59,012 nt of DNA from an uncultured Alistipes sp. (GCA_900769745.1 CAAGHX010000187.1:1-59012); one strand, 5' to 3'; positions 46,548 through 56,713 are shown, numbered from the stretch's first letter. Notes: a model not told the origin generated them from the letters alone. Numbers and translations are program-made.

Positions 46548-48590
46548 ATGAAGAAGGAATTCAAGCGTTATCTGATTACATCGGCGCTGCCCTATGCCAA
46601 CGGCCCTGTGCATATTGGTCACTTGGCGGGTGTGTATGTGCCATCGGATATCTATGCGCGATATTTGCGTTTGAAGGGTTATGATGTTGTGTCGGTATGC
46701 GGTAGCGACGAGCACGGTGTGCCCATCACTATCAAGGCCCGCAACGAGGGTATCACACCTCAGCAGGTGGTGGACCGCTATCACGAGATTATCAAGGATG
46801 CGTTCAAGCGTTTCGGTATGTCGTTCGACATCTACTCGCGCACATCGTCGCCCACACATCGCGTAACGGCTTCGGATTTCTTCCGCAAGCTCTACGACGA
46901 GGGTAAGTTCATCGAGCAGACATCTATGCAGTACTACGACGAGGAGGCCAAGACTTTCCTTGCCGACCGTTACATCGTGGGTACTTGTCCACGTTGCCAG
47001 AGCGAGGGTGCTTATGGCGACCAGTGCGAGAAGTGTGGTTCAACACTCTCTCCCGACGAGCTTATCAACCCAACATCGAAGCTCTCGGGTGCTGTGCCCG
47101 TTAAGCGCGAGACCAAGCACTGGTACTTGCCACTCGACCAGTATGATCCATTCCTCAGAGAGTGGATTCTCGAGGGTCACAAGGAGTGGAAGTCAAACGT
47201 CTATGGTCAGTGCAAGAGCTGGATTGACGGCGGTCTGCAGCCACGTGCCGTAAGCCGTGATTTGGATTGGGGTATCCCAGTACCTGTGGAGGGTGCCGAG
47301 GGTAAGGTGCTCTACGTTTGGTTCGATGCTCCTATTGGCTATATCTCTGCTACTAAGGACTTTACACCCGAGTGGGAGAAATATTGGAAGAGCGAGGACA
47401 CCAAGATGGTACACTTCATTGGTAAGGACAACATCGTCTTCCACTGCATCGTCTTCCCATCGATGTTGAAGGCTCACGGCGAGTATATCCTCCCTGAGAA
47501 CGTGCCAGCAAACGAGTTCCTTAACCTCGAGGGTAATAAGATTTCGACATCGAAGAACTGGGCCGTATGGTTGCACGAGTACCTCGACGAGTTCCCAGGC
47601 AAGGAGGATGTGTTGCGTTATGTGTTGTGCGCCAACGCTCCCGAGACCAAGGATAATGACTTCACGTGGAAGGATTACCAGGCACGCAACAACAACGAGT
47701 TGGTGGCTATCCTCGGTAACTTCGTGAACCGTGCTTTGGTGCTCACCAAGAAATACTATAATGGCGTGGTTCCTGAGCGTGGAGAGCTCACGGAGTATGA
47801 TCGTGCCACTATCGAGGAGTTAAGCGGTATAAAGGCCTCTTTAGAGGCAAATATCGAGTCTTATCGCTTTCGCGAGGCTCTGAAGGATGCAATGAACTTC
47901 GCCCGCATCGGAAATAAGTACTTGGCCGACACCGAGCCTTGGAAGGTTGTGAAGACAGACCCTGAGCGTGTGAAGACAATTCTCAACATCGCTTTGCAGA
48001 TTACTGCAAACCTCACAATCGCCATCGAGCCATTTATGCCATTCTCGGCAGAGAAGATTCTCTCGATGTTGGCACTCGACAAGTTCGGCTGGGAGAACCT
48101 CGGCAATATGGAGCTTGTGGGCGTGGGTCACACCATCGGCGAGCCACAGCTCTTGTTCGAGAAGATCGAGGACGACGTAATCGAGAAGCAGTTGCAGCGT
48201 CTGGAGGATATAAAGAAGGCTAACGCCGCTGCTGCCGCTGCCGAGCACGTTACGGAGCAGAAGGCTGAGTGCACATTCGACGACTTCCAGAAGATGGATA
48301 TCCGTGTATCGACAATCTTGGAGGCCGAGAAGGTGGCTAAGACTAAGAAACTGCTGAAGCTCACAGTCGATACTGGTATCGACAAGCGCACCATCGTTTC
48401 GGGTATTGCCGAGCACTTCACTTGCGAGGAACTCATTGGCCGTCAGGTACTTGTGTTGGTTAACCTTGCTCCACGCGAGCTCAAGGGCATTATGTCGCAG
48501 GGTATGATTCTTATGGCCGAGGATGCCAGCGGTAAGCTCGAGTTGCTTGCCCCCAACAACAAGACCAACAACGGCGCGATGGTAGGATAA
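46548..48590 (+). CDS. metG: methionine--tRNA ligase
   Basis: ALPYANG..HIGH, zinc knuckles, KISTS, C-terminal tRNA-binding domain. Confidence 0.98.
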   Translation: MKKEFKRYLITSALPYANGPVHIGHLAGVYVPSDIYARYLRLKGYDVVSVCGSDEHGVPITIKARNEGITPQQVVDRYHEIIKDAFKRFGMSFDIYSRTSSPTHRVTASDFFRKLYDEGKFIEQTSMQYYDEEAKTFLADRYIVGTCPRCQSEGAYGDQCEKCGSTLSPDELINPTSKLSGAVPVKRETKHWYLPLDQYDPFLREWILEGHKEWKSNVYGQCKSWIDGGLQPRAVSRDLDWGIPVPVEGAEGKVLYVWFDAPIGYISATKDFTPEWEKYWKSEDTKMVHFIGKDNIVFHCIVFPSMLKAHGEYILPENVPANEFLNLEGNKISTSKNWAVWLHEYLDEFPGKEDVLRYVLCANAPETKDNDFTWKDYQARNNNELVAILGNFVNRALVLTKKYYNGVVPERGELTEYDRATIEELSGIKASLEANIESYRFREALKDAMNFARIGNKYLADTEPWKVVKTDPERVKTILNIALQITANLTIAIEPFMPFSAEKILSMLALDKFGWENLGNMELVGVGHTIGEPQLLFEKIEDDVIEKQLQRLEDIKKANAAAAAAEHVTEQKAECTFDDFQKMDIRVSTILEAEKVAKTKKLLKLTVDTGIDKRTIVSGIAEHFTCEELIGRQVLVLVNLAPRELKGIMSQGMILMAEDASGKLELLAPNNKTNNGAMVG

Positions 48591-48595
48591 TATCA

Positions 48596-48727
48596 GATTC
48601 AAAATTGGGTTTGAGGCAAAAGAAATTAAGGAATTTAAGGAATTTAGAGAATATAAGGAAAACCCTCCCTATTTTCCCTAATCTCCTTAATTTCTCTAAT
48701 TTCCCTAATTTCCCTAATTTTGAATTC
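48596..48727. repeat. short heptamer-type ends enclosing inverted 9-mer arrays
   Basis: GATTCAAAATT; 4 units like AAWTTAAGG (48623..48658); 6 units like CCCTAATTT (48667..48720); AATTTTGAATTC. Confidence 0.8.
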
Positions 48728-48759
48728 GATGATATTGCATAACATAAAATCATAAGTTT

Positions 48760-49773
48760 ATGGTAAACATTGATTGGAAAAATCTCGGTTTCGATTATAT
48801 GAAGACCGACGTGAACGCTCGATTCTACTACAAAGATGGTAAGTGGAGCGAGATGGAAATCACTGAAGATGAGTATATTAAGATGCATATGTCAACCACC
48901 TGCCTCCACTATGGCCTCGAGTGCTTCGAGGGTTTGAAGGCTTTTCGTGGTGTGGACGGCAAGGTGCGTATTTTCCGTGCTGACGAGAACGCCAAGCGTA
49001 TGCAGTCATCTGCTCGTAAGTTGTGCTTGCCCGAGCCAACAGTAGAGATCTTTGTGAAGGCTTGCTATGAGGTGGTGAAGCGCAACATAGACTATGTGCC
49101 ACCCTATGAGTCGGGTGCGTCGTTGTACCTTCGTCCAGTGCTTATCGGTAGCAAGGTGGGACTCGGTGTGAAGGCTTCGCCCGAGGCTATGTTGATTGTC
49201 TTCTGTTCGCCTGTAGGACCATATTTCAAGGGCGGTATGAAGCCTATCAAGGTGGTTGTTGACCGTATGCAGGACCGCGCTGCTCCACGTGGAACAGGCG
49301 ATATTAAGGCTGGTGGTAACTACGCTTCGAGCATCCTCTCGGGCGAGAAGGCTCACACTATGGGCTACTCAAACGTGATGTATCTCGATGCTACAGAGCA
49401 TAAATATATAGAGGAGTGCGGCGCTGCCAACTTCTTTGGTATTAAGGATAACACTTATGTGACTCCAAAGTCGCCATCAATCCTACCATCTATCACCAAC
49501 AAGAGCTTGCGTACTTTGGCGGAGGATATGGGTATGAAGGTCGAGGAGCGCCCTATCGCTATTGATGAGATTGGCGAGTTTGAGGAGGCTGGCGCTTGCG
49601 GTACAGCGGCTGTTATCTCTCCTATCGAGTCGGTCTACGATTTGGATACCGATGTTAAGGTTACCTATGGCGCCGAGGTTGGTAAGACTTCACTTGCCCT
49701 CTACAACCGCTTGCAGGATATCCAGTACGGTCGTGCGGAAGATAAGTTTGGGTGGAATATTATTGTTGAGTAA
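48760..49773 (+). CDS. ilvE: branched-chain amino acid aminotransferase
   Basis: LHYG..CFEGLKA, LYLRP, KAGGNYA, ILPSIT, CGTAAVISP motifs. Confidence 0.96.
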   Translation: MVNIDWKNLGFDYMKTDVNARFYYKDGKWSEMEITEDEYIKMHMSTTCLHYGLECFEGLKAFRGVDGKVRIFRADENAKRMQSSARKLCLPEPTVEIFVKACYEVVKRNIDYVPPYESGASLYLRPVLIGSKVGLGVKASPEAMLIVFCSPVGPYFKGGMKPIKVVVDRMQDRAAPRGTGDIKAGGNYASSILSGEKAHTMGYSNVMYLDATEHKYIEECGAANFFGIKDNTYVTPKSPSILPSITNKSLRTLAEDMGMKVEERPIAIDEIGEFEEAGACGTAAVISPIESVYDLDTDVKVTYGAEVGKTSLALYNRLQDIQYGRAEDKFGWNIIVE

Positions 49774-49800
49774 TTCAAAATTCGAGAATTTTATATTTAA

Positions 49801-49834
49801 ATACCTTCCCTTTTTAAAAGGGAGGGTATTTTTT
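49801..49834 (+). terminator. intrinsic terminator after ilvE
   Basis: ATACCTTCCCTTTT-T-AAAAGGGAGGGTAT plus T run. Confidence 0.75.
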
Positions 49835-49954
49835 ATATCTATAACTCTCCTTCTAATTAGAGGAAGTCTCATTAGGGGAAAGGAGTGTGTGAATGATTAC
49901 TTGAAAATAGTATAAAAAAAAGCGCCTGATGAAAATCAGACACTCTTTTCGTTG

Positions 49955-49970
49955 TGTTCCACGTGGAACT
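49955..49970. promoter_or_regulatory. parS centromere-like site
   Basis: TGTTCCACGTGGAACT matches the parS palindrome TGTTNCACGTGAAACA/TGTTCCACGTGGAACA (15/16 to the latter). Confidence 0.85.
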
Positions 49971-49990
49971 TTTATCTCTTCACTGCCCTA

Positions 49991-51898
49991 CTATCTACCA
50001 AATTTTATCAGCAGCACGTTGATGTCGGCGGGGCTGACACCAGGTATTCGTGATGCTTGACCGATGGTGCGTGGGCGGATTTTGGTGAGTTTTTGGCGCG
50101 CCTCGATGGTGAGGGCGTTCATCTCCATATAATCAAATCCGTCGGGTATTGCGATATTTTCTAATCGGTGGAGCTTCTCGGCGAGCAATTTTTCGCGCTC
50201 GATGTAACCCTTATACTTAATCTGTATCTCGGCCTGCTCGATGATTTCTTGGGTGATGCCGTTCTCGGCAACAAATTTTTTCAGGCGAGGCAACTCATCG
50301 ACGAGCTCCAAAAATGAAAATTCGTTACGCGAAACCAGCGCATAAAGCTTTCTACCCTGCGTCAAAGGCTCAAAATTGTTGCGTTTTAAATAGCTCTCAA
50401 TTTCCGATATTTTGACACTCTGGTTATGCGCGAAAGAAATAAGCGATTCTACGAGCGATTTTTTTTGCTCGAAAATTTGCCACATTTCGTCGCCAACGAG
50501 TCCAATTTCGCGACCAATCGGAGTCAAACGAATATCGGCATTATCCTGTCGGAGCAAAATTCTATACTCGGCACGCGACGTGAACATTCTATATGGCTCA
50601 TCGACTCCCTTAGTCACAAGGTCGTCAATCAGCACTCCGATGTAGGCTTCGTCACGCTGAAGTATGATTGGCTCCTGGCCGCTGAGTTTTCGGTGGGCGT
50701 TGATGCCCGCCATCAGTCCCTGTGCTGCCGCCTCCTCGTAACCCGTTGTGTCGTTTATCTGACCGGCGAAGTAGAGGTTCTCGACGAGCTTGGTCTCGAG
50801 CGAGTGGCTGAGCTGTGTGGGTGGGAAGTAGTCGTACTCGATGGCATAACCTGGGCGATAGACGTGTACATTCTCCAGGCCCTTTATCTGCCTAAGAGCC
50901 GCGAGTTGCACCTCCTGCGGAAGCGACGACGAGAAGCCGTTGATGTAATATTCGTTGGTATCTCTGCCCTCGGGCTCAAGGAAAAGCTGGTGCTGCTCCT
51001 TGTCGGCAAAGGTGCGGAGTTTATCCTCGATGCTTGGGCAGTAGCGTGGGCCGATGCCCTGAATAGTGCCGTTGAATAGCGGCGAGAGCGAAAATCCCTC
51101 GCGCAAAGTGGCGTGAACGGCTGGCGAAGTATATACCAAATAGCAAGGCTTCTGCTCCTTAACCGCCTCAGTATCAGGTGAGAACGAGAACTTTGAAGGG
51201 TTTTCGTCGCCTGGCTGCTCCTCGAGTTGCGAGAAATCGATGCTGCGGGCGTCGATGCGGGCGGGTGTGCCCGTCTTCATACGTCCCACCTCGAATCCGA
51301 GCTCACGAAGCGACTCCGAGATGCCGTGCGATGCCTGGTCGCCGGCACGGCCACCCTCGGCGTTGTTGGCTCCGCAGTGCATAAGTCCACCCAAAAAAGT
51401 ACCGTTTGTAAGCACTACAGCCTTCGCCCTAAACTCCACTCCCATCTGGGTGCGAAGTCCCGTAATTTGGGGCTTATTTGCCCTATTTTCGATGATTAAA
51501 TCGGTGGCTGCGTCCTGCCAAATGAAGAGGTTGGGCTCGTTCTCCAACTCCCTGCGCCAAAGTCGGCTGAAAAGCTCCTTGTCGCACTGCGCGCGAGGGC
51601 TCCACATAGCAGCTCCCTTCGAACGGTTGAGCATACGGAACTGAATGGTCGAGCGGTCGGTGATGCGACCCATACGGCCACCCAAAGCATCTATTTCGCG
51701 CACAATCTGACCCTTTGCCACGCCTCCCACAGCGGGGTTGCACGACATTGAGGCCATCTTCGACATATCCATCGTCAGCAGCAGCGTGCGTGAACCCATA
51801 CGGGCAGCCGCAGCCGCAGCCTCGCAACCTGCGTGGCCCGCACCAACGACGATGATGTCGTACTCATAGAGATTGGTATTTGGTTGAATAACAGCCAT
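49991..51898 (-). CDS. mnmG: tRNA uridine-5-carboxymethylaminomethyl modification enzyme MnmG (GidA)
   Basis: GAGHAGCEAA, MSCNPAVGG, KTGTP, GPRYCPSIEDK, EPYRMFTSRAEYR motifs. Confidence 0.98.
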   Translation of the reverse strand: MAVIQPNTNLYEYDIIVVGAGHAGCEAAAAAARMGSRTLLLTMDMSKMASMSCNPAVGGVAKGQIVREIDALGGRMGRITDRSTIQFRMLNRSKGAAMWSPRAQCDKELFSRLWRRELENEPNLFIWQDAATDLIIENRANKPQITGLRTQMGVEFRAKAVVLTNGTFLGGLMHCGANNAEGGRAGDQASHGISESLRELGFEVGRMKTGTPARIDARSIDFSQLEEQPGDENPSKFSFSPDTEAVKEQKPCYLVYTSPAVHATLREGFSLSPLFNGTIQGIGPRYCPSIEDKLRTFADKEQHQLFLEPEGRDTNEYYINGFSSSLPQEVQLAALRQIKGLENVHVYRPGYAIEYDYFPPTQLSHSLETKLVENLYFAGQINDTTGYEEAAAQGLMAGINAHRKLSGQEPIILQRDEAYIGVLIDDLVTKGVDEPYRMFTSRAEYRILLRQDNADIRLTPIGREIGLVGDEMWQIFEQKKSLVESLISFAHNQSVKISEIESYLKRNNFEPLTQGRKLYALVSRNEFSFLELVDELPRLKKFVAENGITQEIIEQAEIQIKYKGYIEREKLLAEKLHRLENIAIPDGFDYMEMNALTIEARQKLTKIRPRTIGQASRIPGVSPADINVLLIKFGR

Positions 51899-51915
51899 TT
51901 GACTCTTGTTGTATT

Positions 51916-52377
51916 CTATTTTTCGGCCTTGGCAGCTGCCTGCTCCGAGAGCAATGTTGTGAGCTGAGCCAAGTATTTATCCTCCTTGCGGTGCATCTGT
52001 CGCTCGGCAGTTGGGGTCTTATCCTTCTGGCCGCAGAGGTGCAGCAGGCCGTGAGCCAAGATGCGACGCATCTCGTGGAGTTTCGTTGCGCCATAGATGC
52101 GGGCGTTGTCGGCCACAGTCTCCACGTCGATAAATACATCGCCCGACACTACCTTCTCCCCCTTGCGGTCACTGTAGTCGAAGGTGATGACATCGGTGAA
52201 GTAGTCGTGCCCCAAAAACTGGCGATTCATCTCCAAAAGATGCTCGGCCGAGCAGAAGATGTAGTTCACCTCGCCCAACTTATATCCCTCCTGCTCGGCA
52301 AGGCTCTTGAGCCACGCCGAAGTGAGGCGCTTTTTGGGCAACGCGTAGTTGCACGATTCGTTATAGTATCGTATCAT
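51916..52377 (-). CDS. ybeY: rRNA maturation RNase YbeY
   Basis: NRQFLGHDYFTDVITF, GDVFI, HGLLHLCG motifs. Confidence 0.93.
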   Translation of the reverse strand: MIRYYNESCNYALPKKRLTSAWLKSLAEQEGYKLGEVNYIFCSAEHLLEMNRQFLGHDYFTDVITFDYSDRKGEKVVSGDVFIDVETVADNARIYGATKLHEMRRILAHGLLHLCGQKDKTPTAERQMHRKEDKYLAQLTTLLSEQAAAKAEK

Positions 52378-52413
52378 ACTGATTGACAGTTGTTTGTGTT
52401 CTTGTGGTTGGGG

Positions 52414-53277
52414 TTACTCCTTGCGGGCCCACTCCAACAGGTTGCCCAATGTGGCGATGCTGTCGGCTGTGATATCGGGCTGGCGAGGTGCCTGGTCGGC
52501 AATCTCCAAAGTGGTCTCGCCCGAGAGTACCAACACACCCATAGCGCCTGCGTTGAAGGCCATCTGCACGTCGGTGTAGATGCGGTCACCCACCATCGCA
52601 ATCTCGTTGGCCTCGAGGCCGTAGCGCTGGCGGATACCGGTGAGCATATTTGGGTCGGGCTTGCCGAGTGTGATGTCGGGCTGGCGGCCTGTGGCGTGCT
52701 CTATACACTTGCAGATAGAGCCACAGTCAACCAACACTACCTTCTGGTCGGTAGGGCAAACGCGGTCGGGGTTAGTGGCAACGTATGGCACACCCTGCGA
52801 TGCCCACCAAGCGGCACGGCACAAGCGAGAGTAGTCGAGTGTCATATCAAAGGCCACAACCAATGCGTCGGGTACATCGTTTGGATCGTCCGAAGTAGGC
52901 TCAAAACCAGCCTTCACGAACTCCGAAACCATACTTGGCGTGCCCAGCAGGAACAAGCGCTTGGCATCGGGCAGGTTGGTCTTCAGGTAGTCGATAGTAG
53001 CCAGAGCTGTGGTGTACATCTCCTCCTCGGTGGCTGCGATGCCCATAGAGTGGAGCTTGTGAAGATAGTCGGCAATCGACTTTGAAGGGTTGTTTGTAAG
53101 GAACGAGTACGACACGCCTATCTGCTTGAGTTGCTGCAAGAAAGGCTTGGTGTAGTCGAAGAGCGACATACCCATATAAATCGTGCCATCCATATCCAGC
53201 GCAACGTGGCGGATATCCTTCAATCGTGCTCGCAACTCCTCAGTGGAGTAGACCGAGCGGTAAAAGTTGTTATTCAT
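52414..53277 (-). CDS. HAD-IIA family hydrolase (NagD-like)
   Basis: DMDGTIY, TNN, ATNPD, GKP, MVGDRIYTD motifs. Confidence 0.93.
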   Translation of the reverse strand: MNNNFYRSVYSTEELRARLKDIRHVALDMDGTIYMGMSLFDYTKPFLQQLKQIGVSYSFLTNNPSKSIADYLHKLHSMGIAATEEEMYTTALATIDYLKTNLPDAKRLFLLGTPSMVSEFVKAGFEPTSDDPNDVPDALVVAFDMTLDYSRLCRAAWWASQGVPYVATNPDRVCPTDQKVVLVDCGSICKCIEHATGRQPDITLGKPDPNMLTGIRQRYGLEANEIAMVGDRIYTDVQMAFNAGAMGVLVLSGETTLEIADQAPRQPDITADSIATLGNLLEWARKE

Positions 53278-53504
53278 AATTCAAAATTCAAAATTCAAAA
53301 TTTTCCTTTTGCACACTCCCTCCCTCGTTGGGGACTCCCTCTACCTTGGTGGGAGAGTTTTTTGTTTGTCTCCCATAACTCCTCCCCTAAGTTAGGGGAG
53401 GTGCCACAAAGTGGCGGAGGAGTGTGTTGTTATTTTTCTATTCAAAACTCATATTTCAAGCCTCAAAAAAATAATTTTGAATTTTGAATTTTGAATTTTG
53501 AATT
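53278..53504 (-). repeat. complete heptamer-bracketed element carrying GC-rich palindromic cargo D
   Basis: Arrays at 53278..53302 and 53473..53504; CACACTCC...GGAGTGTG unit at 53312..53426; array abuts the HAD ATG. Confidence 0.9.
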
Positions 53505-53522
53505 GGGGACTTGCCCCTGCCG

Positions 53523-54704
53523 TTACTTTTTCTTAAAGCAGTCGGCAGCGCGCATCACCTCCTTGGGTGAGGGCGAGTAGATGCCGAAAACCATCTTATA
53601 CTCGGGCTCCATAGTGGTTACATTCACCGACGAGCCGATGATACCCAGCGTGCCGTTCTTGGCCACCTTGCTATCCTTCTCGACGCTCACGCCATCGAGG
53701 TTGGCATACGATGTGATGTACTCTCCGTGAGCCACAAAAACGTCGTATTTACCCGATATACGGTTGCGGCGGATATCCACCACCTTACCATCGTAGATAG
53801 AGCGTACACGGGCACCCTTGCGGCCTACAATCTCGGCCATATTGCCCTTGTACTTGCGTACCGAGCCACCCTCGACAGGCAGGTTGAGATTCGAGGTCTT
53901 GCGTGAGAACGAGGCACCCTCGGTGTTGCCCTTCGTCAGCTTGCGAAGCTCGCTGATGGCTATATCGAGCTGCTCCTCACGCTCCATCTTCTCGCGCAGT
54001 GCCGCCTGCTCGCGTGACGAGAGCTGCTTCATAGTCTGCTTGGCTGAGGCCACGTCGCCACGCAGTTTGTCGCGTTGCACCTCGGCCTTACGTTGCACCT
54101 CGCCCAGCTCCTTGCGTCGCTCGGCAAGCGAGCTCTTCTGCTGGTTGAGAGCCACATTCAGAGAGTCGATACGATGCAGGCGAGCCGTGCGCAGCTGCGC
54201 CACAGCGCGTATGTTAGCTATGCGACGTGCCGCATCGGAGAAGCTCTCCGAGGCCAGGATATATGTCACATAGTTGTTCTGCGAATGGTTGCGATAGGCC
54301 TCACGCACCATCTCGGCATAGCGCTCGCGCTCGTAGGCTATCTGGCGCTCGGTGGATGTGATGAGTGAGTCGTTGCGCTCGATGTTGTTCTCGATGTTGT
54401 CAATCTCCTTCTCGGTGCGGTTGAGCAGCTGGTTGCGCGAGTTGATTTGGCGGGTGATGGAGGTCACACGCTGCTGGGCCGTAGATTTATCCTTCTTGAT
54501 TGAGGATAGCTTCTTCTCGTCCTGCTCGATTTTGCTCTCCAGCTCCTTGATTATGCGGCGTTGCTCCTCGATGCGGGCCTTCTCCTCGGGCGAAATCTTC
54601 TCGGTGGAGCTGGCCTTGCTCTGGGCAAAAGAGCCCTCGGGCAGCAGGCACGATGCCACCGCCATAGCCACTATAAGCACAATCTTTATGGAGTCTCTAA
54701 CCAT
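53523..54704 (-). CDS. murein hydrolase activator, EnvC family (coiled coil + degenerate M23)
   Basis: Signal peptide, long coiled coil, LPVEG, VRSIYDGKV, HGEYITSYANL. Confidence 0.85.
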   Translation of the reverse strand: MVRDSIKIVLIVAMAVASCLLPEGSFAQSKASSTEKISPEEKARIEEQRRIIKELESKIEQDEKKLSSIKKDKSTAQQRVTSITRQINSRNQLLNRTEKEIDNIENNIERNDSLITSTERQIAYERERYAEMVREAYRNHSQNNYVTYILASESFSDAARRIANIRAVAQLRTARLHRIDSLNVALNQQKSSLAERRKELGEVQRKAEVQRDKLRGDVASAKQTMKQLSSREQAALREKMEREEQLDIAISELRKLTKGNTEGASFSRKTSNLNLPVEGGSVRKYKGNMAEIVGRKGARVRSIYDGKVVDIRRNRISGKYDVFVAHGEYITSYANLDGVSVEKDSKVAKNGTLGIIGSSVNVTTMEPEYKMVFGIYSPSPKEVMRAADCFKKK

Positions 54705-54710
54705 TTTTTG

Positions 54711-56687
54711 TTACTCTTTTTTGGCTCGTTTCTTACTATTGGCCGAGCCTTTTGTATCATTCTCTGCGCCCTTTTTTGCTGTTTCCGCGCCTTTTTGTGC
54801 TATTGGTGCGGCGTTTTGGGCACGTTGCAACTCCTCGGCAGCCTTGGCTCTTGCTATACGCTCCTCGATAGATGCTTTGTCGCCACCCAACTCGATAGCC
54901 TTGCCCCAGTAGGTGCGGGCCATAAAGTACTCGCCCAAGGCAAAGAGTATATCGCCATAGTGCTCGGGCAGAGCGTAGCTCTTACTCTTGTCGTAGGAGA
55001 GTGCCTGACGCATAAACTTGCGGGCCTCGTCGTAGTTGCCGAGTTTGTATTGTATCCAGGCGTAGGTGTCCAGGTAGGTGGAGTTGTTACGCTCCAACTC
55101 GATGGCGCGCGTTGACATCTTCAGCGCATATACCAAGTCGCGATTCTCCTCGCTCAGATAGTAGGCGTAGTTGTTCAGCACCGAGGCATTCTCGTAGTGT
55201 AGGGCGAGCGACTTCTCGTAGGCCGCATAGCACTCCTTCGATGCCTTCTTGGGGCTCATCTTTATGGGGTAGGCCAAGGTGTCGGCCTTTATCTTGCGCT
55301 CCTTGATGCTCTGGTTGCGCTCGGCGATGAGGTGATACGTATCGCCAATGTAGCCCCACAACTCGCCCCTAAGGGTGTCGTTGGTGGCATACTGCATAGC
55401 CTCGTGGAAGGTGTCGATGGCACCCATCAGGTTATCCTTCACATAGAGGCGGTTGGCCTTGCGTATGTAGAGCAGCGGATTGTCGGGGAATCGCTCAACG
55501 GCCAGCTGCACATATCTATCCACCGAGTCGGGGTGCTGGCGATAATCCTCGATATCGATTACAGCCATATAGTAATCCATCTCGGCGGGCTCGTCGCCAA
55601 GGTGGGCCTTGAAGTGCTCCAGAGCACCCTCCAGGTTGCCACCCGCAATCAGATGCTCGCCATAGACATCAACCACCCTCTTCTCCTTGGGGTAGTGGAT
55701 GGCGAGTGTCGATGTGAGCTGGCCTATGAGGTGGTAATTATCGCCATAGAAGCGCCTATCGTCCATAAATCGCTTGAGCATATCGACCTTTCTTTCGAGT
55801 GGGAAACCACGCTGCGCATAGAGCTGGCGCAGAGCCGTTAGGTAGCCGTGCGTGTCGTTCTTGCGCATAGAGTAGTCGATGTAGGAGCTGAGTGCCTCGA
55901 TGCTGGTGGAGTCCATCTCCACAGCCTTTTTGAGTGTGACTTTGGCCAGCGAGTCACGTCCCGCAGCAGCATAGGTCTCGCCCAGCTGCACCACCAAATT
56001 CTGGTCGTAGGGGGTCTCCTCTACTGCCTGCTTGGCCTCGTCGATGGCACGGTCAAACTGCCCTGTAATCACATAGAGGCGGCGTTTCAGCAGGCTCAAC
56101 TGCGGATACTTGCCCAGTCGCATCTCGGCCGAGTCGATGATGGCAATGGCCGACAGAGGCATCTGTTGCTGCTGGTATAGCATCGCCATAATGCGGTAGT
56201 TGTCGGGGTTCTTGCTATCGGTGTGTATTAGTCGGCGATAGATGGGCGTGGCCTCGGCATAGCGATCGTTGATGATGAGCGCTTGGCCGTAAAGTCCCAT
56301 ATACCAACGATTTGTGGAGTCGGCAAGATAGGCTTTGCGGGCACTCCTGAGAGCCTGCGCAGGGTCGCTGTCGAGCAGCATCGACGCCTTTTCGTAGTGG
56401 GCAGGCGTGAGGGTGCTGTCGATTGCCAGTGCCTCGTCGTAGAGCTTGAGAGCCGAGGTGGTATCCTTGTAGATGGTGTATTTCTTAAGGCCCTCGGTGT
56501 AGCGATAGAGGGCCTTGAGTGAGTCGGGAATGATAAGCTGGGGCTTGGGCTTCTGGTTCTGCAGGGTGTCCTGCTCCGAGGCTCGCCCTATGGAACGGAA
56601 CATAGCTCCCCCCGCCCTGCCACTTGCTGTGGCGAGCGTAAGGCACATTGCTATGGCCAGCACTATCGGCTTAAACCCCAATTTCAT
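54711..56687 (-). CDS. tetratricopeptide repeat protein
   Basis: Signal peptide; multiple TPRs; VLNNYAYYLS, YLDTYAWI, EHYGDIL motifs. Confidence 0.9.
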   Translation of the reverse strand: MKLGFKPIVLAIAMCLTLATASGRAGGAMFRSIGRASEQDTLQNQKPKPQLIIPDSLKALYRYTEGLKKYTIYKDTTSALKLYDEALAIDSTLTPAHYEKASMLLDSDPAQALRSARKAYLADSTNRWYMGLYGQALIINDRYAEATPIYRRLIHTDSKNPDNYRIMAMLYQQQQMPLSAIAIIDSAEMRLGKYPQLSLLKRRLYVITGQFDRAIDEAKQAVEETPYDQNLVVQLGETYAAAGRDSLAKVTLKKAVEMDSTSIEALSSYIDYSMRKNDTHGYLTALRQLYAQRGFPLERKVDMLKRFMDDRRFYGDNYHLIGQLTSTLAIHYPKEKRVVDVYGEHLIAGGNLEGALEHFKAHLGDEPAEMDYYMAVIDIEDYRQHPDSVDRYVQLAVERFPDNPLLYIRKANRLYVKDNLMGAIDTFHEAMQYATNDTLRGELWGYIGDTYHLIAERNQSIKERKIKADTLAYPIKMSPKKASKECYAAYEKSLALHYENASVLNNYAYYLSEENRDLVYALKMSTRAIELERNNSTYLDTYAWIQYKLGNYDEARKFMRQALSYDKSKSYALPEHYGDILFALGEYFMARTYWGKAIELGGDKASIEERIARAKAAEELQRAQNAAPIAQKGAETAKKGAENDTKGSANSKKRAKKE

Positions 56688-56713
56688 TCGCTATAATGTT
56701 TCTCTTTGGTAGC

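Noticed and set aside
51916..52377. YbeY lacking the third His of H3xH5xH
   Set aside because: HGxLHLCGxxD appears to be the usual Bacteroidota variant.
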